DNA of 64,000 nucleotides from Candidatus Aenigmatarchaeota archaeon (GTDB lineage Archaea > Aenigmatarchaeota > Aenigmatarchaeia > CG10238-14 > SCSR01). Positions within the stretch are counted from its first letter, which is position 1; each line of letters begins with the position of its first letter. Positions 56,589-64,000 of this stretch are shown one piece after another. The position numbers were made by a program, and so were the translations under genes. Below the pieces are notes generated by a model. It ran no database searches. It worked only from the letters and a program-made list of their open reading frames with translations, and was not told the DNA's origin. The DNA lies in assembly GCA_039000165.1 (NCBI GenBank), contig JAWBTW010000001.1, forward strand, positions 1 to 64,000, in the 5' to 3' direction.

Positions 56589-56920
56589 ACTCTTCCGTAC
56601 TTATCTTCTATTCTAATTATGTCCTTTTCTGAAAATTTACCACAACAAATCTCGGTTACTATTGAAGGTTCGTCTATTCCTATGATTCTGTGTTCACATT
56701 TTTTTGGGATAATTTCGAAAGTGTCGCTTCTCAAGATAATTTCCTTACCTTTTTTTATGATTTTCACAGGTCTTACAGCATGCCAAAACTCGGACCTTTT
56801 ATTATGATACTGTAAAGAGGTGCACTCGTTAGGAAAGATTATAAGGGTTTTTATCGTTATCCCATCTTTATGTAAGGAGTGTAAATGGTCTATTCCCCAT
56901 TTTTTTAGTTTAAGTTTCAT
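56585..56920 (-). CDS. cupin (mannose-6-phosphate isomerase type II C-terminal-like)
   Basis: KKWG, SLQYHNKRSEFW, HRI and DIIRIEDKYGR. Confidence 0.85.
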   Translation of the reverse strand: MKLKLKKWGIDHLHSLHKDGITIKTLIIFPNECTSLQYHNKRSEFWHAVRPVKIIKKGKEIILRSDTFEIIPKKCEHRIIGIDEPSIVTEICCGKFSEKDIIRIEDKYGRV

Positions 56921-56954
56921 CTAATCAATAGTTAGGAGTTTAAAAATTTATTTT

Positions 56955-57164
56955 TTAAAATAAAAGGTAAGCTACAAGCAAAAAACCAAATACTACACAA
57001 ACGAAGACAAAATCCAGTATGCTTACAGAAGAAGGAACTTCCAAAACGAAAAATCCTGTCGAAGAGCCTAGGGTAAAAAAGAAAAGGGGAATTAAAAATA
57101 AGGAAGAAAGGAATATAAAAAATTTATATAAGTTATCCTTCTTTTCTTCTTTATTTAACCTCAT
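56955..57164 (-). CDS. small two-TM membrane protein
   Basis: Hydrophobic 69 aa. Confidence 0.55.
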   Translation of the reverse strand: MRLNKEEKKDNLYKFFIFLSSLFLIPLFFFTLGSSTGFFVLEVPSSVSILDFVFVCVVFGFLLVAYLLF

Positions 57165-57206
57165 AATTAATATTAAACGAATGAAAATAAAAAGGCTTGC
57201 AAGAGC

Positions 57207-57795
57207 TTATTTTTTGAGGTGTTTGATGTCGTTTATAGCCACAATTTTTATTTCTTTATCCTTTGTTACCTCTATTATATTCAGGGATGCTTTCTCTTGT
57301 TTTAATTTTTCTCTGGGTAATTTAGTTAGATACACCAAAAGTTCAACTATTATTGAAGCATGAGTTACTACCAAAACTGTTTTATTAAAATATTTTTTTT
57401 AATATTTTATTGAAAAATTTGACAGCTCTTCTTTGAACACTTTGACAGCTTTCTCCCCCTTCTGGTACAAACTCATGAAATTGCTTACCACTCTCTTTCA
57501 ATGCTCTAAAAAATTCTTCCTTGGGTCTGCCTTGGAAAATTCCAAAATCTCTTTCCTTGAGCAGTTTATCAAACTTTATAGGCAAACCATGATACCTGTT
57601 TATTATTTCTGCAGTTTCTTTCGCTCTTTTTAATTTGCTAGAAAAAATTACATCTATTTTTTCCTTTTTAAGTCTCTCGGCAAGCTTTTCTGCTTGTTTT
57701 CTTCCTTTTTCATTTAAACTTTCATCTATTGAACCAAGGAAAATTCCTTTTTCACTTCCTTCAGTTTCTGCATGTCTTACTAGTAGAATCTTCAT
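57207..57795 (-). CDS. histidine phosphatase family protein, frameshifted at an A8 run (57393-57400)
   Basis: LVRHAET and GGES; the second frame supplies TVLVVTH...INDIKHL. Confidence 0.85.
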
Positions 57796-57833
57796 TTTCT
57801 CTGCAAATTTCTAAGGGAATATTTTATTAAACA

Positions 57834-57908
57834 TGCGCCAGCCGGGATTTGAACCCGGGTTACGAGCTTGGAAGGCTCGTGTCTTAGACCAGGCTGGACC
57901 ACTGGCGC
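57834..57908 (-). tRNA. tRNA-Gly(TCC)
   Basis: GCGCCAG/CTGGCGC acceptor, CGAGC-CTTCCAA-GCTCG anticodon arm. Confidence 0.95.
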
Positions 57909-57946
57909 TTCGTTACTTTTATAAATTATTAATTCAAGGTTTAAAT

Positions 57947-58093
57947 ATGCCTACTGAAGAAATTATAAAAAAATCAATAAAAAAATTGAAGAAAAAATTT
58001 CCTGAGTTAGGAGAAACTTTAGAAAGAGAGCTTATTCCTTTGAAAGGAGAAGAAATTCAACCAAGAGTTATAAAGAAAAAGAAAAGAATTTAA
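57947..58093 (+). CDS. small basic hypothetical protein
   Basis: 48 aa MPTEEIIKK..., divergent from tRNA-Gly. Confidence 0.45.
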   Translation: MPTEEIIKKSIKKLKKKFPELGETLERELIPLKGEEIQPRVIKKKKRI

Positions 58094-58434
58094 CCAATGT
58101 AAGGAGTTGGAGGGACTGGTTGAGCAGGTTTGAGCTTTGGTCTTTTTCTAAAGTATTCCTTGTAATATTCCCAAGTTTTTCTTGCTTTTTCTCCTCTCAA
58201 AATTTTTATTATAATCATCTTTGGCCTAAAAGGTTGTTGAGAAGTTGGGTTGTAATCTATTAAAACAATATCCCCAATTTTAAGCTCGTTTGCAATTCTC
58301 GGGTCAACTTCATAAGTTATCACATTTTCATCCCAGGTTTCGACTAAAGCCTGAACAGAAGAATCAGAGCTTGCTATTTCTTTATCTTTCGAAGAAAAAA
58401 TTTCTAAAATTTTTCCAACATGATAGTAAACCAT
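58090..58434 (-). CDS. hypothetical beta-barrel protein
   Basis: 114-aa ORF co-oriented with the ubiquitin-like gene. Confidence 0.6.
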   Translation of the reverse strand: MVYYHVGKILEIFSSKDKEIASSDSSVQALVETWDENVITYEVDPRIANELKIGDIVLIDYNPTSQQPFRPKMIIIKILRGEKARKTWEYYKEYFRKRPKLKPAQPVPPTPYIG

Positions 58435-58437
58435 TTT

Positions 58438-58707
58438 TCATCCTCCTGCTATCAAATATCCAACAATTATTTCATCTGTACTTATAGGTTCGTTTTCAAT
58501 ATTCTTAAGTATTCTTCCTTCCTTAGTTAGCAAGATAACTTCATTCAAAAAATCAACTTTATCCTTATTTTTTGCCAAAAATTTTTCTCTTAATGCCTGA
58601 ATTGCATCCTTATAAAAGGCATTTTCTGGAAGGTATAGGAATTCTTCTTTTTCGTTTAAACCAAAAAGTTCGTTGGCTTTGCCAATGTATCTAACTTTTA
58701 TCTTCAT
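58438..58707 (-). CDS. MoaD/ThiS/SAMP ubiquitin-like protein
   Basis: MKIKVRY start and C-terminal AGG. Confidence 0.75.
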   Translation of the reverse strand: MKIKVRYIGKANELFGLNEKEEFLYLPENAFYKDAIQALREKFLAKNKDKVDFLNEVILLTKEGRILKNIENEPISTDEIIVGYLIAGG

Positions 58708-59195
58708 AGTTTATATCCTATTTTTCTTAGGAATTCTTTTCTTTCTTTTATCTCGTCATCTTTTTCGACACCTTTGGGTTTTAGTCCGTCTATTACGCCA
58801 ATTACTCCTCTTCCTTGTTCTGTTTCTGCTATTATTACTTCTACAGGGTTTGCAGTTGCGCAAAAAATCGAACAAACTTCTGGGACTTCTTTTATTCTGT
58901 TCAGAACATTTATTGGGTAAGCATTCCTTATGAAAATCAGAAAAGTATGACCGCAACCAATTTCAAGGGCCTTCTCACTAGCAAGTCTTTCTAGTTCTTC
59001 ATCGTTTCCTGAGTGTCTTACCAAGCATTTTCCTGAAGATTCGCAAAAGGCTAAGCCGAACTTTATGTTTGGAACAGAATTGACCAAGGCTTCGTGCAAA
59101 TCTTCAACACTTTTTATAAAATGTGATTGACCAAAAATCAAATTACAGTTTTCTGGTGCTTGAATTTTAACTATTTTGAATTCCATAATATTCAT
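58704..59195 (-). CDS. adenosine-specific kinase family protein
   Basis: [20 protein letters not shown] and CATANP. Confidence 0.88.
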   Translation of the reverse strand: MNIMEFKIVKIQAPENCNLIFGQSHFIKSVEDLHEALVNSVPNIKFGLAFCESSGKCLVRHSGNDEELERLASEKALEIGCGHTFLIFIRNAYPINVLNRIKEVPEVCSIFCATANPVEVIIAETEQGRGVIGVIDGLKPKGVEKDDEIKERKEFLRKIGYKL

Positions 59196-59209
59196 TTTTA
59201 AATTCAGAT

Positions 59210-59986
59210 TTAAATTTTATTCTTCAGAAAAGAATAAAGGTGTGACTTAAACTTGAGTTTTTTATCTTCTTTCCTTGAAATTTTTCCTTGAGTTAAAAGT
59301 TCGAACATTCTTTGAGCATTCTCTAGCATTGCATGATTATTGTTGAAAGCGACGAAAACTTTTTCTGGGTTTAAGCTCAAAATCTTTTCCTTCACTTCAT
59401 CTAACTCTTTATCAGTGTAATAATGGGAATACCAAGCAGTTCTCCCATGCATTCTTTCATAAACTGTTTTATTTGAGGAATAAACCTCAAGTGGAAAGTC
59501 TGGTGAGTCAACACTTACCCAAGTAATTTTAAGCTTTCTTGCCCATTCTATCCATTCTTCCTTAAACCAATCTGAATTTCTAACCTCTAAAGCAAACCTT
59601 TCTTTTAAATTAGTTTTCTTGATAAACTCTTCTAGCTTTGATGAAAACTTTGAAGTAAGGCTTGGTGGTAGTTGAAATAAGTAGAACTCTATGTTTTTCT
59701 CTAAAGGTTTAAACAAATCTTTAAACCTTTTCCAGAGCTCGAAAGCTTTTTCATTGAACTTATAAGTATGCGTAACGGTTTTGTTAACCTTTACAGCCCA
59801 TCTAAATTCAGGGTTTATTTCCCGAGTTTTCTTGGCCCAAGATTTTACTTGGTTAGGAAAAGGAAAACGATAAAAGCTTGCGTTTAGCTCGATTGCGTTC
59901 AAGTTAGAGTTTTTTATATACCAATCAAAGCTAAGTTCAGGGTTCCAACTATAAAACCAGCCTGAGGTTCCGACAAAAACTTCCAT
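59210..59986 (-). CDS. DUF72 protein
   Basis: VGTSGW, ELNASFY, FQLPPS, RMHG and FNN. Confidence 0.9.
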   Translation of the reverse strand: MEVFVGTSGWFYSWNPELSFDWYIKNSNLNAIELNASFYRFPFPNQVKSWAKKTREINPEFRWAVKVNKTVTHTYKFNEKAFELWKRFKDLFKPLEKNIEFYLFQLPPSLTSKFSSKLEEFIKKTNLKERFALEVRNSDWFKEEWIEWARKLKITWVSVDSPDFPLEVYSSNKTVYERMHGRTAWYSHYYTDKELDEVKEKILSLNPEKVFVAFNNNHAMLENAQRMFELLTQGKISRKEDKKLKFKSHLYSFLKNKI

Positions 59987-60059
59987 AATACTCTTTTGTT
60001 CTTATAAACTCTTAATTCCTTCAAATTCCTTTCCTGATGCAAGAAATTTCAACAACTTT

Positions 60060-60908
60060 TTAAGAATGAAAAGCTCCTTCAAAACCTTTAATCAGTTCAT
60101 CTATATCCTCACCTAAATTCTTACCTATGTAACCTCCCTCTAGGACAAAAAAAGTCGGTTTTTTGATCTTTCCTATAATTCTTCCTACTTTTCTATAACA
60201 GGTTGAGCTTAATCCTAACGAAGCCAAATCGCCTTTGTGAGCGTCAAAACCCGCAGAAACTGCCACAAACTCTATTTTACCTAAATCAACTTTTTCTATA
60301 GCTTTTTTCAAAGTTTTTAAATAAACCTCGTCTCCACATTCTGCCCTTAAAGGAAAATTTAAACAATTTTTCTCAGAGTTGAAGCCTGTTCCTGGATAAA
60401 AAGGAAATCTATGTAAAGAGATGAAGGTAACTTTCTCGTCATCTAAAAAGATTTCTTGTGTACCGTTGCCATGGTGTCCATCTATATCTATAATTAAAGT
60501 GTTTAGGTTCATTTTCTTAACAGCTATTGCTAAATTGTTGAAATAACAAAATCCTCTTGTCGCAGCATTCAAAGCTATTCCATTTTTTCCTGCATGATGT
60601 CCAGGAGGTCTCATAAGGGAAAAGCCGTTAATTTCAGCAGCAAGTATCGCTCCTCCCGCAGAAAGTCTTGCATACTCGTAAATATTGGGATAAGCTGGGG
60701 TATCCACATCTTCTATTTCCCCTTTCTTTACTTTTGCAACATAACTTTTTGTATGGACTCTTAACAAATCTTTTAGAGAAGCTGGTTTTGGTTCTAAAAA
60801 TTCGTAACCTTTGCTATTAAGAATATTGTAAGCTATTATAATTCTGTCCGGACTTTCAAGATGATATTCACCATATTCTAAACATTTTCTTGAAAATACT
60901 ATTTTCAT
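60060..60908 (-). CDS. histone deacetylase family (Zn-dependent deacylase)
   Basis: RPPGHHA, GFCYFNN, DIDGHHGNGTQ, SAGFD and LEGGY. Confidence 0.92.
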   Translation of the reverse strand: MKIVFSRKCLEYGEYHLESPDRIIIAYNILNSKGYEFLEPKPASLKDLLRVHTKSYVAKVKKGEIEDVDTPAYPNIYEYARLSAGGAILAAEINGFSLMRPPGHHAGKNGIALNAATRGFCYFNNLAIAVKKMNLNTLIIDIDGHHGNGTQEIFLDDEKVTFISLHRFPFYPGTGFNSEKNCLNFPLRAECGDEVYLKTLKKAIEKVDLGKIEFVAVSAGFDAHKGDLASLGLSSTCYRKVGRIIGKIKKPTFFVLEGGYIGKNLGEDIDELIKGFEGAFHS

Positions 60909-60969
60909 AAACTCAAGCCATTTTATTTTAAGACTTATTGTTTTTAATTTTTAAAGCAATCTTTTTATT

Positions 60970-61206
60970 ATGTATGGGGTTAAAATTTACAAAGTTTCAA
61001 AGGAAAAGCTGAGAGGAGCTCTGGGAAGAGCGTGGCCTTTTAAGGGAATAATAGAAATATCTGCAGAACTTTATGGTTATAAAGAAAAAGAGGTTTTGGA
61101 ACATGAACTAATGCACATAAAATATCCTTTTCTTTCAGAGTATGAAATAAGGATAAGGACAAGGCTTAAACTTATTTCCTTAGGAATAGTTCCCTCTTTT
61201 CATTAA
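60970..61206 (+). CDS. minimal HExxH (zincin-like) protein
   Basis: VLEHELMH plus downstream Glu. Confidence 0.6.
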   Translation: MYGVKIYKVSKEKLRGALGRAWPFKGIIEISAELYGYKEKEVLEHELMHIKYPFLSEYEIRIRTRLKLISLGIVPSFH

Positions 61207-61703
61207 GCTAGTTGAATTTTCCTTTTTATCCAGTAGGTTTCCTCTTCGCTTCTTTCCTCTTCCTTCTTTTCCTCTTCCACTTTTTCTTCTCTGGGTTTTT
61301 CTTCTGTTGGAGCAAACTCTCTTATTTTATTAGCAATACTTTTTATTTCCTCTTCACTCATAGCTATAGGCTGAGCTTCCATTAAAGGAATTTCTTTCTC
61401 GAAGATAGGATAAATCCTCACGTGAAAGTGGGGAACTATTTCCGAATTTATGACCGAGAAGCTTATTTGTCTTGGCCTTAAACTTTTCTTAATCATTTCT
61501 GCAACTTTTAAGGCAGAAGAAAAAACCTTTGTTGATATCTCAAGATTTTCGTCAAAATTTTGGTAATGTTGTTTAGGAATAACTATGCTCATTCCTACGC
61601 TTCTTGGGTTGATGTCAAGAAAAGCAAGCGTGGCTTCGTCTTCATAAATTATGTTACTCGGAATTAATTTTTTTACTATGTTGCAAAACACGCACTTTTC
61701 CAT
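61203..61703 (-). CDS. HIT-family protein
   Basis: CVFCNI, AFLDINP, VIPKQH and PHFHVR. Confidence 0.85.
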   Translation of the reverse strand: MEKCVFCNIVKKLIPSNIIYEDEATLAFLDINPRSVGMSIVIPKQHYQNFDENLEISTKVFSSALKVAEMIKKSLRPRQISFSVINSEIVPHFHVRIYPIFEKEIPLMEAQPIAMSEEEIKSIANKIREFAPTEEKPREEKVEEEKKEEERSEEETYWIKRKIQLA

Positions 61704-61808
61704 AGTTTTAAATTCCTTTCCCGAGTTATAAATTTATTGCCTCGAATTAAACTTTTATTTATTTGCATATAAACATTATAAATCAAAAAAGTCTAGAAAG
61801 GTGGAAAA

Positions 61809-62789
61809 GTGGTTAAAGAAAGTAAACCAAGGAGCGGAAGTTTAGCCTTTTACCCAAGAAAAAGAGCTAGAAGAATCTATCCAAGAATCAAAACTTATCC
61901 AGAATCCGAAAAAGCTAAAATTCTTGCGTTTGCTGGTTATAAAGTTGGGATGGCTCAGGCTATCGTGGTTGATACAAGAAAGGAATCACCCACTTTCGGT
62001 CAAGAAATTTCTGTTCCAGTAACCATACTGGATTGCCCTCCTCTTAAGGTTGTAGGAATAAGGGCGTACCAACAAACAAAAAAAGGTTTAAAAGTGTTTA
62101 CAGAAGCTTGGACAAAAGATTTGCCAAAGGATTTGGAAAGAAAAGTAAAAGTTAAGCCAAAAGAGGAAAATCTAAAAAAAATTGAAGAAAATATCGATAA
62201 GGTTTCTAAGATAAGATTGATAGTTTGCACTCAACCAAGAATTTCTGGGGTAAAAAAGAAAAAGCCAGAAGTTTTTGAGATAGAAGTTGGTGGGAAAGAC
62301 GTAAAAGAAAAGTTTGAGTTTTCAAAAAGCTTGTTCGGAAAAGAAATAAGCGTAAAAGATTTTGTTAGAGAAGGCGAGCTTGTTGATGTTATAGCAGTAA
62401 CAAAGGGAAAAGGTTTTGCTGGTCCAGTAAAAAGGTTTGGTGTTAAAATTCAAGTGAGACACGCGAAAAAAAAGAGAAGGCATGTTGGTACTTTAGGTTC
62501 ACAAGTTCCAAGAAGGGTTTTGTATACAGTACCCCAAGCAGGCCAGCTAGGTTTCCAAACGAGAACAGAGTTCAACAAAAGAGTTTTGAAGGTTGGAGAA
62601 AACGGAAAAGAAATAACTCCAAAAGGAGGGTTTGTAAGGTATGGAATATTGGGTTCACACTATATTTTACTTCAAGGCTCTGTTCCCGGGCCTAGAAAAA
62701 GGTTAATAATGCTTAGGCATGCTATAAGGCCAGGAAGAGTTAAGTTCCTTCCTGTAGAAATAAAGGAAATAGTAGTAAAAAGTGGTTAA
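61809..62789 (+). CDS. rpl3: 50S ribosomal protein L3
   Basis: PRSGSLAFYPRKRA, GYKVGM, TKGKG and GSVPGPRKR. Confidence 0.96.
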   Translation: MVKESKPRSGSLAFYPRKRARRIYPRIKTYPESEKAKILAFAGYKVGMAQAIVVDTRKESPTFGQEISVPVTILDCPPLKVVGIRAYQQTKKGLKVFTEAWTKDLPKDLERKVKVKPKEENLKKIEENIDKVSKIRLIVCTQPRISGVKKKKPEVFEIEVGGKDVKEKFEFSKSLFGKEISVKDFVREGELVDVIAVTKGKGFAGPVKRFGVKIQVRHAKKKRRHVGTLGSQVPRRVLYTVPQAGQLGFQTRTEFNKRVLKVGENGKEITPKGGFVRYGILGSHYILLQGSVPGPRKRLIMLRHAIRPGRVKFLPVEIKEIVVKSG

Positions 62790-63141
62790 AATGGATGAAA
62801 TAGAAGAATTGACAAAAAAAATCGTTGAGTTTAGAGATAAAAGAGATTGGAAAAAGTTTCACACTTTTAAAGATTTAGCCATAGACATTTCTGTAGAGGC
62901 TGCAGAACTTTTGGAAATATTTTTATGGAAAAAAGAAAACGAACTAGAAAAAGTTGTAAAAGAAAAAAGAGAGGAAATAAAGGAAGAGTTAGCAGACGTT
63001 TTAATTTCATCATTTCTTTTGGCGCATGATTTGGGTTTGGATGTTTATGAAATAGTTAAGGAAAAAATTAAGAAAAATGAAATAAAGTATCCAGTAGAAA
63101 AATTTAAAGGTGTGGCTAAAAAATACAGCGAAGTGGTATAA
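62782..63141 (+). CDS. MazG-like nucleotide pyrophosphohydrolase
   Basis: RDWKKFH, EAAELLE, EELADV and NEIKYP. Confidence 0.88.
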   Translation: MVKMDEIEELTKKIVEFRDKRDWKKFHTFKDLAIDISVEAAELLEIFLWKKENELEKVVKEKREEIKEELADVLISSFLLAHDLGLDVYEIVKEKIKKNEIKYPVEKFKGVAKKYSEVV

Positions 63142-63947
63142 TGAAAGCAAACGTTTTTGATTTAGAAGGGAATGTTGTAGAAAAAGTAGAATTACCTAAG
63201 ATTTTTGAGGAAAAGGTTAGAGAAGACTTGATACTTAGAGCTTTTCTAGCTACTATGAGCAAGAAAAGACAACCTTATGGCACGGATGTAATGGCAGGGA
63301 AAAGAAGTTCGGCACATTATCATGGAGTGAGAAGAGAAAGATGGACTATGATGAATCGTGAAATGGCAAGAATGCCTCGTTTACACGGAAAAATTTCTCC
63401 TCATCTGATGTGGCGGGCAAGGTTTGTGCCCCAAGCAGTCAAAGGAAGAGAAGCTCATCCGCCAAAAGTTGAAAAAATTTGGGAACAGAAAATAAATAAA
63501 AAGGAAAGAAGAAAAGCTATTCGTTCAGCAATAGCTGCCACTGCGATTAAGGATTTGGTCCTGAAAAGGGGACATAAAGTTGAAAAAATAGAGGTGCCTA
63601 TAGTTGTTGAAGACAAAATCCAGGAAGTAAAGAAAAGTAAGGAGCTTGAGGAATTTCTCAAAAAAATTGGTCTAGAGGAGGAGCTTAAAAGAATAAGGAA
63701 AAAAAAGGTAAGAGCAGGAAAAGGAAAGATGAGAGGGAGAAAATACAGAAGAAAAGTTGGACCTTTGATAGTTATAGCAGAAGATAAAGGAATAGTTAAA
63801 GCTGCTAAAAACTTACCTGGAATAGATGTCTGTAGAGTTGAAAATTTGTCTGTTGAAATGCTTGCTCCTGGAGCACATGTTGGCAGATTGACTATATGGA
63901 CAAAATCGGCTTTGGAGAGATTGGGTGAGAAAGGTGGATCCTTATAA
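63141..63947 (+). CDS. rpl4: 50S ribosomal protein L4
   Basis: GREAHPPK, RAGKGKMRGR and LAPGAHVGRLTIWT. Confidence 0.95.
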   Translation: MKANVFDLEGNVVEKVELPKIFEEKVREDLILRAFLATMSKKRQPYGTDVMAGKRSSAHYHGVRRERWTMMNREMARMPRLHGKISPHLMWRARFVPQAVKGREAHPPKVEKIWEQKINKKERRKAIRSAIAATAIKDLVLKRGHKVEKIEVPIVVEDKIQEVKKSKELEEFLKKIGLEEELKRIRKKKVRAGKGKMRGRKYRRKVGPLIVIAEDKGIVKAAKNLPGIDVCRVENLSVEMLAPGAHVGRLTIWTKSALERLGEKGGSL

Positions 63948-64000
63948 AATTTTACGTTATCCTTATTTAACAGAAAAATCGATAAGTTTGGTGGAGAAGG
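63934..64000 (+). CDS. rpl23: 50S ribosomal protein L23 (5' partial)
   Basis: GTG start, MDPYKILRYPYLTEKSISLVEK; follows L4. Confidence 0.8.
   Translation, partial: MDPYKILRYPYLTEKSISLVEK

Noticed and set aside
57833..57946. ORF starting MRQPGFEPG
   Set aside because: Antisense of tRNA-Gly; only the part from 57947 is plausible
2956..63661. Many short antisense ORFs in the six-frame track
   Set aside because: Shadows of well-supported genes on the opposite strand
1..64000. CRISPR arrays, rRNA, transposases or integrases
   Set aside because: No repeat-spacer arrays, rRNA-like tracts or recognisable recombinase motifs seen

Overview
AT-rich archaeal chromosomal window. It looks DPANN-like, possibly Aenigmarchaeota, but that is inferred from gene content and compactness, not demonstrated. 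It is densely coding: ribosomal-protein clusters (S8-L14e with secY; L3-L4-L23; L10e), de novo nucleotide genes (carAB, pyrBI, pyrH, purM, purB, thyX, glyA), ppsA, a Mo/W formate-dehydrogenase alpha subunit with mobA, DNA repair genes (nurA, ogg, LigD phosphoesterase), split MetRS, cbf5, surface proteins and four tRNAs (Leu-GAG, Thr-GGT, Ser-TGA, Gly-TCC). The most striking signal is RNA processing. (1) The tRNA-Ser(UGA) 5' leader carries a guide plus D-box/C'-box module perfectly antisense to its own unspliced anticodon/intron junction, aimed at U34 by the N+5 rule. (2) The 59-nt intron of the same tRNA has a complete box C/D sRNA layout. (3) A 12-nt bulge-helix-loop mRNA intron interrupts the catalytic Asp codon of cbf5. 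(4) tRNA-Thr has an 11-nt non-canonical (29/30) intron. Several homopolymer frameshifts (pyrH, a methyltransferase, a histidine phosphatase) are probably sequencing errors.
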